A stretch of DNA of 64,000 nt from the NCBI GenBank assembly GCA_963740085.1, contig CAVUCU010000001.1, positions 576,001 through 640,000 of the forward strand, read 5' to 3'. The first letter of the stretch is position 1, and every line of letters starts with the position of its first letter. Below the pieces are notes generated by a model. That model made no database searches, was not told the origin of the DNA, and saw nothing but the letters and a program-made list of their open reading frames with translations. Shown piece by piece: positions 51,399-61,127 of the stretch. This DNA is from Nitrospirota bacterium. Lineage in GTDB: Bacteria > Nitrospirota > UBA9217. The position numbers and the translations under genes are program-made.

Positions 51399-52031
51399 TC
51401 ACCGCCGGGTGACCAGCAACGTGCGCCGTTCGCCGTTCTCCGCCGCCTGCTTCACCTGGGTCCCGCACCCCTCGCCGTACACCAGCTCGATCGTCTCGAC
51501 AAAGCCGGGGCTCAGACTGCGCGAACCCCGCGCTTTCCGGGTATTGCAGTTGAACTGAAAGGCATCGCTGATCACGGCCAGGACCTCTTTGCCTTCCGAG
51601 AAGTGCAGAGGCCAGAGCAGGCAGACCTTCGGCTTCACCTGCTCCAGCGGCAGACCGAGCGCCGCTGCGACGGTGTGCAGGGAGCAGTGCAGCCGGTGAT
51701 GGGACCGGTAGGCGAAAAGACAGAGTCCGTCCTCGTTCGTGTCGATGGAAAAAAGCCCGGGTTCCTCTTCCTCGAACACGTTGTCGTATCCTCCCGCGGT
51801 CAGGAGATGGGGGCAGAACGCGGCGACCTCGGGCAGGACCTTGATGATCCGCTTGACCTCCGCGGTGGTGACGCAGACCTCGTACGAGGAGCAGCAGCAC
51901 CGCTCGCCCCTGGCGCAGCCGTTGCATCGGTTCTCGAGCGACAGGAGCGACTCGACGTCGACCTCCACACTGCTGCGATGATGCTGCTGCGGCCTTTTCT
52001 TGCGGCTCTTTTCCGGACCGTTCGATCTCAT
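51399..52031 (-). CDS. cysteine-cluster protein (DUF3109/YkgJ-like)
   Basis: CNGC...CCC, GLCLF, CSLH, KPKVCLLWPL. Confidence 0.7.
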   Translation of the reverse strand: MRSNGPEKSRKKRPQQHHRSSVEVDVESLLSLENRCNGCARGERCCCSSYEVCVTTAEVKRIIKVLPEVAAFCPHLLTAGGYDNVFEEEEPGLFSIDTNEDGLCLFAYRSHHRLHCSLHTVAAALGLPLEQVKPKVCLLWPLHFSEGKEVLAVISDAFQFNCNTRKARGSRSLSPGFVETIELVYGEGCGTQVKQAAENGERRTLLVTRR

Positions 52032-52083
52032 AGGAGTTATGGAAGCGGGGTCGGCATCATGCTGAGTTCAGGGACAGGGGGGC

Positions 52084-52740
52084 TCACTTCTTGTTTTTAA
52101 GAATATCCAGTTCCTTCTTCAACGTGTCGATCTGGACCTGCAGTTCGATCAGGCGATCCGCGATGGGATCGGGAATATTGATGTGGTCCATCAACGCCTC
52201 GTCGGCCACGCGCTCATCCTTGATCCTGACAATTCTCCCCGGTATCCCGACCACGGTTGAATGGTCCGGCACATCCTGAAGCACAACCGAGTTCGCGCCG
52301 ATCTTCACGTAATCGCCGATCCTGATGGGGCCAAGCACCTTGGAGCCCGCGCCCACGACCACGTGGCTGCCGATCGTGGGATGGCGTTTGCCCCTCTGTT
52401 TCCCCGTCCCGCCGAGGGTCACGCCCTGAAACAGGGTGACGTTGTCGCCGATCTCGGTGGTCTCGCCGATCACCACGCCCATACCGTGGTCGATGAACAG
52501 GGCTGAACCGATGACGGCCCCCGGATGGATCTCGATGCCGGTGAGGAGCCTCGCAAACTGCGACAATGCACGGGGGAAAAAAGGAACGCGCTTTCTGCTC
52601 AACCAGTGCGCGAACCGGTAAAAGAGGAGCGCATGGAAGCCGGCATAGGTAAGGAAAACCTCGACCCTGCTCGTGGCTGCCGGGTCCATGGAGAGCGCCG
52701 CGTTAAAGTCTTTTTTTATTTTTTGAAAGGTTTCGAGCAT
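52084..52740 (-). CDS. cysE: serine O-acetyltransferase
   Basis: DPAA, TGIEIHPGA, FIDHGMGVVIGET, GVTLGG, RHPT, VGIPGR. Confidence 0.95.
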   Translation of the reverse strand: MLETFQKIKKDFNAALSMDPAATSRVEVFLTYAGFHALLFYRFAHWLSRKRVPFFPRALSQFARLLTGIEIHPGAVIGSALFIDHGMGVVIGETTEIGDNVTLFQGVTLGGTGKQRGKRHPTIGSHVVVGAGSKVLGPIRIGDYVKIGANSVVLQDVPDHSTVVGIPGRIVRIKDERVADEALMDHINIPDPIADRLIELQVQIDTLKKELDILKNKK

Positions 52741-52829
52741 CCCTGGTTTCGAATTGCCGAAATACGTGCCTGGTTTGGTTTTTGGCTTCTGCTCAGCGAT
52801 CTGCAATCCGAACTCCGCAATCGCTGGCC

Positions 52830-53408
52830 CTATTCTCTCAGCCATCCCGGCGGAATGCCCGCCTTCCGCGCCTGCTCCGGGATATCAACGTTGATATCCT
52901 TTCTGGCATCGTCAATCTCCTTCTGCACATCCTTCATCTCCTGCTCAACCTTGTCCGCCTCGATGCGTTCATCAAGCCTGCCGGACGCCGGACCTCCCCA
53001 ACTCCGAATCAGTTCGTCTCTTCGCCCGACGAGTTCCTGGTATCGTTTTTCAGAGTCTGCAAGCCGCTCCCTCGCATCCCTCATGCGCTGCTGCCATGCG
53101 GCTTTAGCCGCAGCATCTGCAGCCTCGGATGCAGCTTCCGATGGATAGCCTGACTCCTGGGGCTTATTCTGCCCTTGATCAATGTCTTCCTCTGTCGGCT
53201 GTCTTAATTTTATCGCCTTATCGCGGTATTTCTTCGGGACCTTACCCAGACCATCGGTGATATGAACAACGCCCTTTGAATCGGTCCATTGATAGAGGAA
53301 GCTTTTTTTGAGTTCCTTGTCCTCGGTCGGCGCCTGCTGGCCGGTTTGAGCATGGACCGTGAGTGCAAAGCTCATCAGCATCAGTATGAAAAGAAGACTT
53401 TTCGACAT
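52830..53408 (-). CDS. secreted DUF4124-domain coiled-coil protein
   Basis: Signal peptide; YQWTDSKGVVHITD; ends ARKAGIPPGWLR. Confidence 0.8.
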   Translation of the reverse strand: MSKSLLFILMLMSFALTVHAQTGQQAPTEDKELKKSFLYQWTDSKGVVHITDGLGKVPKKYRDKAIKLRQPTEEDIDQGQNKPQESGYPSEAASEAADAAAKAAWQQRMRDARERLADSEKRYQELVGRRDELIRSWGGPASGRLDERIEADKVEQEMKDVQKEIDDARKDINVDIPEQARKAGIPPGWLRE

Positions 53409-53411
53409 AGA

Positions 53412-53891
53412 TCACTCTACCTTCCTGATCAAGGCCACGGCATACGCTGCCATGCCCTCGTCCCTTCCCGCGAAGCCGAGTCCCTCGGTCGTCGTGGCCT
53501 TCACGTTGACGGCGGACCGGTCCACCTTGATCGCCTCGGCGATGTTCGTGACCATGGCGGGGATATGCGGCGCCATCTTCGGCTTTTCTGCGACGATGGT
53601 CGCATCAACGTTGTGCACCCGGAACCCGGCCTCGGCAAGCAGCCGCCGCACCTCTTCGAGGAGCATGAGGCTTGAGATGTCCTTGTATATCGGCGCCGTG
53701 TCGGGGAAGTGCCTGCCGATGTCCCCGAGACCGGCTGCGCCGAGCATCGCATCGCAGATTGCGTGGAGCAGCACGTCCGCGTCCGAGTGCCCGAACAGCC
53801 CCTTTTCACAGGGAATGTCCACGCCGCCGAGCATCAGTTTCCTGCCCGCTACAAGGCGGTGGACGTCATAGCCGGTTCCAATCCTCATCAT
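53412..53891 (-). CDS. ispF: MEcPP synthase
   Basis: GYDVH, GHSDADV, DIGRHFP, KATTTE. Confidence 0.96.
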   Translation of the reverse strand: MMRIGTGYDVHRLVAGRKLMLGGVDIPCEKGLFGHSDADVLLHAICDAMLGAAGLGDIGRHFPDTAPIYKDISSLMLLEEVRRLLAEAGFRVHNVDATIVAEKPKMAPHIPAMVTNIAEAIKVDRSAVNVKATTTEGLGFAGRDEGMAAYAVALIRKVE

Positions 53892-54580
53892 TGCCTTCTC
53901 TTCAGGATCTCCTCCGCGAGGATCAGGTCCTCGGGCGTGGTGATCTTGATGTTCTCGTAGCTCCCCATGATCACCCGCACCGTGCCGCCCGTCCGCTCCA
54001 CGAGCGTGGCATCGTCGGTCCCGAACATTTTCAGCTTGTATGATTCCTCGTAAGCGCGCCTGAGTATCTTGACCGGAAAGGCCTGCGGCGTCTGGATCGC
54101 CCAGAGACTCCCCCGCTCCAGCGTGCGGCGCACGATCTTGTTCTCATCCACTTCCTTGATCGTGTCCTTGATCGGCACGCCCACGGCGATGCATTCGCCT
54201 TTTTTCGCGAGATCGACGGCTTCCCTGATCATTTCAGGTGACACAAAGGGCCGTACGCCGTCATGAACGAGCACGACTGCCGTGTCCTTCCCGATCTTCT
54301 GCAAACCGTGCAGCACGGAATCCTGTCGCTCCTTGCCTCCCACGACCAAGGTCTTTACCTTGGTGATCTGGTACGGTTCGATCACATCGCGCAGACAGCC
54401 CTCCACGTCTTCCCGGGAGAGAATGGGGATGATCTCATCGATCTCCGAAGCTCGTTGGAACGCGAGCAGGGTATGTGCCAGCAAGGGCTTGCCGCCGAGC
54501 AACAAAAACTGCTTCGCCACGGTCTTGCCCATCCGCCTGCCCGTGCCCGCCGCCGGTATAAGTACGGTCACCTTCGACAT
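53888..54580 (-). CDS. ispD: MEP cytidylyltransferase
   Basis: [36 protein letters not shown]. Confidence 0.96.
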   Translation of the reverse strand: MSKVTVLIPAAGTGRRMGKTVAKQFLLLGGKPLLAHTLLAFQRASEIDEIIPILSREDVEGCLRDVIEPYQITKVKTLVVGGKERQDSVLHGLQKIGKDTAVVLVHDGVRPFVSPEMIREAVDLAKKGECIAVGVPIKDTIKEVDENKIVRRTLERGSLWAIQTPQAFPVKILRRAYEESYKLKMFGTDDATLVERTGGTVRVIMGSYENIKITTPEDLILAEEILKRRQ

Positions 54581-54629
54581 AGAACCTCATGAGGTGAAAA
54601 GCTCCAAATGACAAACGACAAATATCAAC

Positions 54630-54806
54630 GGGTTGTTGAAAAACAATGTTACGGTCACCCTGAACCCTTCACTTTGTCTTTCTGAAGGAGCGAAGCGACT
54701 GAAGAATCTCTCGTTCAGGGTAAACCCGGGAAGGACCTCTCCTCTGCCTGGAAGCGAGATTCTTCGCTGCGCTCAGAATGACAAATCAGGCGATTTTCAG
54801 CTTCTT
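54630..54806. repeat. nested palindromic (REP/MITE-like) element
   Basis: ACCCTGAAC...GTTCAGGGT pair; TGTCTTTCTGA..GAAGAATCTC paired with GAGATTCTTC..TCAGAATGACA; outer GTTGAAAA/TTTTCAGC. Confidence 0.65.
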
Positions 54807-54863
54807 ACGAGTGCATCCTGATGGATGAGCGCGATTTGATGATATCCGCAGCTTCGGCAGTAT

Positions 54864-55790
54864 TTACTTCTTGTAGTTCTTCACCGTGATCTTGAACCGC
54901 TTTGCGATCGGCACTTCCATGTCGATCGCGACTCGGATCTGAAACTGGTCCTCCCGGTTTCTGCTGGCCACATCAAAAGGCAGGATGATGATCTGGCTGC
55001 CCTCCATAAATGGCTTCCCCAAATCCACCTTTATCCCCGCGTCCACGGCCTTTTCGAGCGCCGCCATCTCCGGTTTGGCCTCTGCCATGGGCGCGCCGGG
55101 CATTGACGGCTCCTGCGGGGGCATAGTCGACTTGAGCTCCGACGGCGGGAGCGGTTTTCCCTCTTCCTTGCCGAGAATGTCACCGAGCGTGAAGTTGTGG
55201 TGCTCGGGATGTTTCTGCATGTCCTGGAGCACCTGTTTGGAAATAGCGGTGAAGGTTTTCAGTACACCCTCGCCGGTCGTCGCGACCGCCTCGTAGAAGG
55301 GTACATGGCGGGGATTTATCGCCGCATTCAGTTTCTCGACCGAGAGGATGTCAGGAAGGTCCCGCTTGTTATACTGGATCACCATGGGGAAATTGGACAA
55401 GTTGATCCCCTGATCGTGTAAATTATCGCGGAGGTTCGCGATGCTCTCGAGGTTCGCATCGAGCATGGCGGTTTGCGAGTCGGCAACGAAGATCACGCCA
55501 TCTGCCCCTTTAAGCACGAGCTTGCGCGTCGCATTGTAGAAGACCTGGCCCGGTACGGTATAGAGATGGAATCGCACCTTGTAGTTCTTGATCGTGCCGA
55601 GCTCGACGGGGAGAAAGTCGAAGAACAGCGTCCGGTCCGTTTCGGTCGCAAGCGAGATCAGCTTGCCGCGCTGTCCGGGGGCAATGCGATGGAAGATCAT
55701 ATGGATGTTCGATGTCTTGCCGCAGAGCCCCGGTCCGTAGTAAACGATCTTCGCGTTGATTTCCCGTGTTTGATGATTAACTAATGCCAT
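54864..55790 (-). CDS. MglA-family small GTPase with C-terminal extension
   Basis: KIVYYGPGLCGKT, DRTLFFDF, TVPGQV, NKRDL, EAVA. Confidence 0.88.
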   Translation of the reverse strand: MALVNHQTREINAKIVYYGPGLCGKTSNIHMIFHRIAPGQRGKLISLATETDRTLFFDFLPVELGTIKNYKVRFHLYTVPGQVFYNATRKLVLKGADGVIFVADSQTAMLDANLESIANLRDNLHDQGINLSNFPMVIQYNKRDLPDILSVEKLNAAINPRHVPFYEAVATTGEGVLKTFTAISKQVLQDMQKHPEHHNFTLGDILGKEEGKPLPPSELKSTMPPQEPSMPGAPMAEAKPEMAALEKAVDAGIKVDLGKPFMEGSQIIILPFDVASRNREDQFQIRVAIDMEVPIAKRFKITVKNYKK

Positions 55791-55848
55791 GGCCTCATAA
55801 TTACATAAAAAAAAAGGGATGTCAATACTGGGAGTCGATACCCGGGGA

Positions 55849-56667
55849 TCAGGGCCGTCGGGACGCGAGGATGTTCAGCGCCATTACGTGCGTCGCATCG
55901 TTCTTGCTTGCGAGCAGCGGCGCGGTCCGTCCGAGTCCCGCGACAATGTGGTCGAGTGATGTGCCTTCGAGATCGGTTATCACGCCGTCCGCTTCTTCAA
56001 GGATCAGCATCCCTGCCGCGTAATCAAAAGCGCGAGAGGCCGTTGCCGTGGCGAACACGCTGATGGCTCCGGAAGCGAGGTAGGAAAGGTCGAGGGCAGT
56101 GGACCCGAAGCACCGTGTGCGCTTAGCCTCCGTGAGAAGCGGCATGAGGACAGGCAGGTCGGTCTTCGGCGATGAAGCTTCGTAAGCCACGATGGTGATG
56201 CCCTGAGTGGCCGCGGTCCTGATCCGCTTGCCGTTCTTGTACGCACCCTGGGCGCGTACGGCCCAGAACTCGTCGCCCACGGCGAGATTGACGACATACC
56301 CCACGGCCAGCGTGGAAAGCGTTTCATCGTTCAAGAGCGCCAGCGACGTGGAAAAGAACGGGATCCCGCTCTTGGCATTGTTGCTCCCGTCAATGGGGTC
56401 CACGAGCACGATCTTCTTTCCGTCGCCGAACTTCCTGATGCCGAGCTCTTCGGAGATAAGCGTAAAGGATTCGCCCTGCCGGTGCGCCTTTACGAGCGCG
56501 GCAATGACGATATCCTCGGCCCACTTGTCCACGGGGAAGGTCTTGTCCCCGCCGGCGCCCTTCCCGAGCGGTACCATGCCGCCTTCTCTCGCGAGGATGA
56601 CGGACAAACCGTCGCGCATTTTTTTGCCGATGCCTTTGAATACTTCCAGCCATCCGTTATCAGTCAT
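55849..56667 (-). CDS. inositol monophosphatase/fructose-1,6-bisphosphatase family protein
   Basis: VDKWAE, SEE, VDPIDGSNN, FDYAAG. Confidence 0.88.
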   Translation of the reverse strand: MTDNGWLEVFKGIGKKMRDGLSVILAREGGMVPLGKGAGGDKTFPVDKWAEDIVIAALVKAHRQGESFTLISEELGIRKFGDGKKIVLVDPIDGSNNAKSGIPFFSTSLALLNDETLSTLAVGYVVNLAVGDEFWAVRAQGAYKNGKRIRTAATQGITIVAYEASSPKTDLPVLMPLLTEAKRTRCFGSTALDLSYLASGAISVFATATASRAFDYAAGMLILEEADGVITDLEGTSLDHIVAGLGRTAPLLASKNDATHVMALNILASRRP

Positions 56668-56700
56668 TGATAAACTCCTTGTTGGGTGAAGGTAATTGTG

Positions 56701-56730
56701 GGTACAGGGTTCAGGGTACAGGGGTCAGGG
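56701..56730. repeat. heptamer tandem array, left arm (CAGGGNN)n
   Basis: CAGGGTT CAGGGTA CAGGGGT CAGGGTA. Confidence 0.85.
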
Positions 56731-56751
56731 TAAAGCGACGACAGACAATAA

Positions 56752-57114
56752 TCAAGATAATGATTTAATCAGCCCTTGAAGCATTTTCATCGTTTCATCT
56801 CTCGTAGTATTTATTTGATCAAACTCTGTGACTGGTATATAGCCGATATCTCGTGCTAACAATAAATAAGTATCAAGTTCTCCTAATGAACCCTTTGCAA
56901 TAAATAAGAATTGAAGATACTCTTTTCTATGATTCCGTTCATAACCCTCTGCGATATTAGCCGGAACTGACGCCGCAGCTCTCCGAATCTGAGATGTTAA
57001 GCTGAAAATCTCCTCTTTCGGGAATTTCTTTGTTGTACGATATAGGTTAAGTGTCAACTCATAGGCGCGCTGCCATACCTTCAAATCCCTGAATCCCGTT
57101 ATTTTCTTCTCCAT
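56752..57114 (-). CDS. four helix bundle protein (23S rRNA-IVP/bAvd-like family)
   Basis: FRDLKVWQ, FPKEE, QIRRAAASVPANIAEG, GSLGEL; AT-rich relative to its neighbours. Confidence 0.93.
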   Translation of the reverse strand: MEKKITGFRDLKVWQRAYELTLNLYRTTKKFPKEEIFSLTSQIRRAAASVPANIAEGYERNHRKEYLQFLFIAKGSLGELDTYLLLARDIGYIPVTEFDQINTTRDETMKMLQGLIKSLS

Positions 57115-57139
57115 CGCCTCACCTGCGTATGAAAATTTT

Positions 57140-57208
57140 CCCGAACCCTGTCCCCTGCACCCTGAACCCTATGTTTTCCTGTCCCCTGCGCCCTGAACCC
57201 TGACCCCT
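57140..57208. repeat. heptamer tandem array, right arm (NNCCCTG)n
   Basis: AACCCTG TCCCCTG CACCCTG AACCCT ... TCCCCTG CGCCCTG AACCCTG ACCCCT; inverted relative to 56701..56730. Confidence 0.85.
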
Positions 57209-59022
57209 CTATAGTAGTTCGTTATTCCTTCTGCTGCTTTCTTCGACATCCCCTTTACTGCGGCCAGTTCATCGGTGGTTGACTGCTTGATCTTCTCCAG
57301 ACTCCCGAAATGGCGAAGCAGCGCCTTTTTCCTTGCCTCGCCGATGCCGGGAATATCGTCAAGCTCGGACTTGATAGCCCGCTTCTCGCGCAGCTTCCGG
57401 TGGTAGGCGATCGCGAAGCGGTGCGCTTCGTCGCGCACACGCGCGACCAGGTGTGTGGTCTGGCCCGTGGGCTCGAGGATGATCGGCTCGTCCACGCCGG
57501 GCAGGAAGACCCTTTCGAACTCCTGCTCAAATCCCTCCCGCCCGCTCCGCGCCTTGGCAAGACCGATAACATCGGGCCCTTCGATCCCGAGCTCCCTCAG
57601 CACCTCGAGCGCCGCGTTCAACTGGCCTTTGCCGCCGTCGATCAGGATCAGGTCAGGCAGTATACCCTCTTCTTTTGCCCTTGTATAGCGCCGTCTGATC
57701 ACCTCTGCCACGCTCGCGAAGTCATCCTGGCCCTGGACGCTCTTGATCTTGAACCGCTTGTAGTTCCGCTTGTGCGGCAGGTTGTCCTCGAAGGACACCA
57801 TGCTGGCGACCGCTTCGGTGCCCTGGATGTTCGAGATGTCGAACGCCTCGATCCTGCGGGGAAGGTTCCTGAGCCCCAGCTCTTCCTGGAGGCGCAACAG
57901 GACCCGCTCCTTGCTCTTGCGCGAGAGCAGGTGCTCGCGAAGCGACTGGCCCGCATTGTCCGATGCCATCTGGACCAGTTCGCGCTTCCTGCCCCGCTGC
58001 GGCACGAGAACCTCCGCCTTCGCTCCGCGCTTCTCCGTGAGCCAAACCTCGAACAGCTCCCGGTCAGGCACGTCAAAAGGGAGAAGCACCTCCGCGGGCA
58101 CGATCATCTCCTTTGCGTAGAACTGGCGCAGAAAATCGGCCATGACTTCCTCGTCCTCCATGCCGTGCACGTCGGGGATGGTGAAATCTTTTCTGCCGAG
58201 CAGCATGCCGTTCCGGATAAAGAGCGTCTGGATGTTCGCGTGGCCTCCTTCAGAGACCATCCCGATCACGTCCTGGTTCTCAAATCCCGGCGAGATGATC
58301 TTCTGCTTTTCAAAGGCCCCTTCGATCTTCGCGATCCGGTCACGCAGCTCCGCCGCGCGCTCATACTCCATCATTTCCGATGCCACTGCCATGCGCTGCT
58401 TCAGCAGGTCGAGCAGGTCCCGATTCTTGCCTTCGAGGAACAGGCGCACCTGGCCGACCACGTCGCGGTACGCTTCCTTGTCCACCTCACCCGAGCACGG
58501 CGCCATGCACCTGCCGATCTGATTCTGCACGCACGGTCGCTCGGGCCTGTCTTTTTTGAACTCCTTCCTGCACGTTGCGAGAGGGAAAGTACGCCGGATC
58601 AGCGAAAGCAGCTCCCACATTCCTCCCGCGGGGACATAGGGGCCGTAGTAGAGCGCGCCGTCCTTCTTCAGGCCCCGGACCACGTCGAGGCGGGGATACT
58701 CTGCCTTGATGTCGAACCGGAGATAAGGATAGTTCTTGTCGTCTCGGAGGATGATGTTGTAACGGGGGTGGTGCTTCTTGATAAGGGTGGACTCCAGGAT
58801 CAGCGCCTCGAGCTCGGTGTGGGTAATAATGGTCTCGATGTCGGCGATCTGGCGGACCAGCATCTCGGTCTTTTCTCCCACGGCGCCCTTCTGAAAGTAC
58901 GAGCGCACCCGGTTCCAAAGGGAGAGGGCCTTGCCGATGTAGATCACGTGACCCTTTACATCCTTCATGAGGTAGACGCCCGGCGAATCCGGAAGATTCT
59001 GAAGTTTTTCTTCGAGGTTCAT
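57169..59022 (-). CDS. uvrC: excinuclease ABC subunit C
   Basis: PGVYLM, YIGKA, PRYNI, IEAFDIS, IDGGKGQ, RDEAHRF, HhH. Confidence 0.97.
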   Translation of the reverse strand: MNLEEKLQNLPDSPGVYLMKDVKGHVIYIGKALSLWNRVRSYFQKGAVGEKTEMLVRQIADIETIITHTELEALILESTLIKKHHPRYNIILRDDKNYPYLRFDIKAEYPRLDVVRGLKKDGALYYGPYVPAGGMWELLSLIRRTFPLATCRKEFKKDRPERPCVQNQIGRCMAPCSGEVDKEAYRDVVGQVRLFLEGKNRDLLDLLKQRMAVASEMMEYERAAELRDRIAKIEGAFEKQKIISPGFENQDVIGMVSEGGHANIQTLFIRNGMLLGRKDFTIPDVHGMEDEEVMADFLRQFYAKEMIVPAEVLLPFDVPDRELFEVWLTEKRGAKAEVLVPQRGRKRELVQMASDNAGQSLREHLLSRKSKERVLLRLQEELGLRNLPRRIEAFDISNIQGTEAVASMVSFEDNLPHKRNYKRFKIKSVQGQDDFASVAEVIRRRYTRAKEEGILPDLILIDGGKGQLNAALEVLRELGIEGPDVIGLAKARSGREGFEQEFERVFLPGVDEPIILEPTGQTTHLVARVRDEAHRFAIAYHRKLREKRAIKSELDDIPGIGEARKKALLRHFGSLEKIKQSTTDELAAVKGMSKKAAEGITNYYRGVRVQGAGDRKT

Positions 59023-59310
59023 GGCGGGGTTATTTTACCATGGATTTTCCCGAGAGAAACTAAGATATTTTGAGTAAATACGAATAAATTACGGGGTGTA
59101 TCCGGATTACCTCCCGCTGTCCGGCGCTGTTTAATCTCTCATCGGACATTCGTCGTAAGAAGGTACAAAATTGTCGAAGTCATAAAAAATAACAAAATCA
59201 AAATGTTGATCAAGAAAGACCGGAAAACCAATCGACATTTTTTTCCGGCCACTTCCTCGCCTAGGCATTAATAATACATGGAAATACTGCAAAACCAGTA
59301 CGTTATGGGT

Positions 59311-59327
59311 TTGGCACGTATGTTGTA
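59311..59327 (+). promoter_or_regulatory. putative sigma54 promoter
   Basis: TTGGCACG-TATG-TTGTA (-24 GG intact; -12 GT instead of GC), about 35 nt before the rhodanese ATG. Confidence 0.55.
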
Positions 59328-59361
59328 ATAGAAAGGACAAAGAGAACATTCCGGAGGGAAT

Positions 59362-59700
59362 ATGTTTTTCAACAGCAGCCAAAACAGGAACATCGGGCCC
59401 GACGAACTTAGCAAACGATTGAATGCAGGTGAGGATATTCTTCTGCTCGATGTACGCACACCGCAGGAGAACGCCTCGCAGGCGATCGCGGGGTCTTATC
59501 TGATCCCCCTCCAGGAACTCGGGCGCCGAATGGACGAACTGCCTAAAATGAAAGAGATCGTGGTGTATTGCAGGATCGGGAACAGAAGCGCCTATGCGTG
59601 TTCCTTTCTTGAGCGCATGGGATACAAGGTAAAAAATCTTGAAGGCGGGATCATGACATGGAATTTTTCCGAAAATGTTTCGATAACCAGGGCATCATAA
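59362..59700 (+). CDS. single-domain rhodanese (sulfurtransferase)
   Basis: LDVRT, YCRIGNRS active-site loop, LEGGI..W. Confidence 0.92.
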   Translation: MFFNSSQNRNIGPDELSKRLNAGEDILLLDVRTPQENASQAIAGSYLIPLQELGRRMDELPKMKEIVVYCRIGNRSAYACSFLERMGYKVKNLEGGIMTWNFSENVSITRAS

Positions 59701-61052
59701 TAAAGGGCCGCACGTGCAGGATCACGGTATTCTCCGTCTCACTCGTACTGTTCCTGATGCTCATGCTGTCCGTTGTGGTTTACAGCTACGCCGCGGAAAC
59801 GCTCACGCTCGATCAGGCGATCGACACGGCGCTCAAGAACAACCCCCGGCTCAAGGCCGCCGATGCGCAGGTCGAATTCACTGATGCCGGCGTGCTCAGG
59901 TCTGTTTCGGGATTTTTACCCAAGGTGACGGTGTCGGAGACCTGGAGCAGGACGGACAACCCGCTCATGGCGCTCGGCACAAAGCTGAACCGGGAGATCG
60001 TGACTCCCGCGGATTTTAATCCCGCGGTCATAAACGATCCCGATCCCATCTCGAGCTATAACACGAGGCTGGCGGTCGTGCAGCCCGTTTTCAACGGCGG
60101 AAAAGAATATGTCGGAAGAAAACAGGCGATACTTGCCAGGGAGGCATCGGTCCAGGACCGCGAACGGACCCGTCAGGAAACGATATATAATGTAGTAAAG
60201 GCATTCTACGGCGTACTGCTTGCCGAAGAATTGCACAAGGTAGCGCTCCAATCGCTCGAAACGAGCGAGGCAAACGTGAACCTTGCCCAGGCGCGGTTCA
60301 CGGCAGGGGCCGTTCTCCAGTCCGACCTTTTGCGGGCAAAGGTGCAGCGCGCCGAGGTACAGGAGATGGTGACACGTTCCCGGAACGGAGTACGGCTCGC
60401 AACGGCCGCGCTCAACTTCAACATGGGCGTGCCGCAGGGCATTGAGAATGATTTTTCCGGGAAACTTTCGGCACAGGACGTGAAGGCCGACATAAACGCC
60501 GTGCTCGATGAGGCGGCCGCGAAGCGGCCTGACCTGATATCCATGGAACTGAACCTCAGGAATGCCGAGAAGTCGGTGACGATGGCGCGCTCCGATTATC
60601 TTCCGAACCTGAACCTCATGGGCCAGATGGACTGGAACAGCGACAAGCTTGCCGGCAATGACGCAAAAAGCTGGGCCGTGATGGCTGTGCTCCAATGGAA
60701 CCTCTTCGACGGTCTCGTGACGAGATCAAAAGTGAAGGAAGCGCTCGCGACGAGCAGCAGAATGAAATCGCTCGAAGAACAAACGCGATCAGGAATTGAG
60801 CTCCAGGTCCGTCAGGCCTATTACAATCTTACCGCATCCCTCGACCGTATCTCGGCATCGGCATCGGCGGTGCAGGAGGCCGAAGAGGGCCTGCGGATCG
60901 TCCAGAAGAGGTATGAGACGGGTATGACCACCTTTGTCGATGTGCTCGGCGCCGAGAGCGCGCTCATCCGCGCGCGTACCAATGCCCTCCAGGCGCTTTA
61001 TGATAACAACATTACGCAGGCGGAGCTGAAACTGGCTGTGGGAACGCTATAG
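59658..61052 (+). CDS. TolC family outer membrane efflux protein (true start probably slightly downstream)
   Basis: LTLDQAIDTALKNNP, FLPKV, WNLFDG, RYETG. Confidence 0.88.
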   Translation: MEFFRKCFDNQGIIIKGRTCRITVFSVSLVLFLMLMLSVVVYSYAAETLTLDQAIDTALKNNPRLKAADAQVEFTDAGVLRSVSGFLPKVTVSETWSRTDNPLMALGTKLNREIVTPADFNPAVINDPDPISSYNTRLAVVQPVFNGGKEYVGRKQAILAREASVQDRERTRQETIYNVVKAFYGVLLAEELHKVALQSLETSEANVNLAQARFTAGAVLQSDLLRAKVQRAEVQEMVTRSRNGVRLATAALNFNMGVPQGIENDFSGKLSAQDVKADINAVLDEAAAKRPDLISMELNLRNAEKSVTMARSDYLPNLNLMGQMDWNSDKLAGNDAKSWAVMAVLQWNLFDGLVTRSKVKEALATSSRMKSLEEQTRSGIELQVRQAYYNLTASLDRISASASAVQEAEEGLRIVQKRYETGMTTFVDVLGAESALIRARTNALQALYDNNITQAELKLAVGTL

Positions 61053-61058
61053 GCACGG

Positions 61059-61090
61059 GAGTCAGAAGACAGAAATCAGAAGTCAGAAGA
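61059..61090. repeat. single heptamer array
   Basis: CAGAAGA CAGAAAT CAGAAGT CAGAAGA. Confidence 0.6.
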
Positions 61091-61127
61091 GAGCATTTAT
61101 GTTTATTGTTCGGCAAAGGAGATCACA

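Noticed and set aside
56752-57114. bAvd-like gene as part of a diversity-generating retroelement
   Set aside because: No reverse transcriptase or TR/VR pair in the window.
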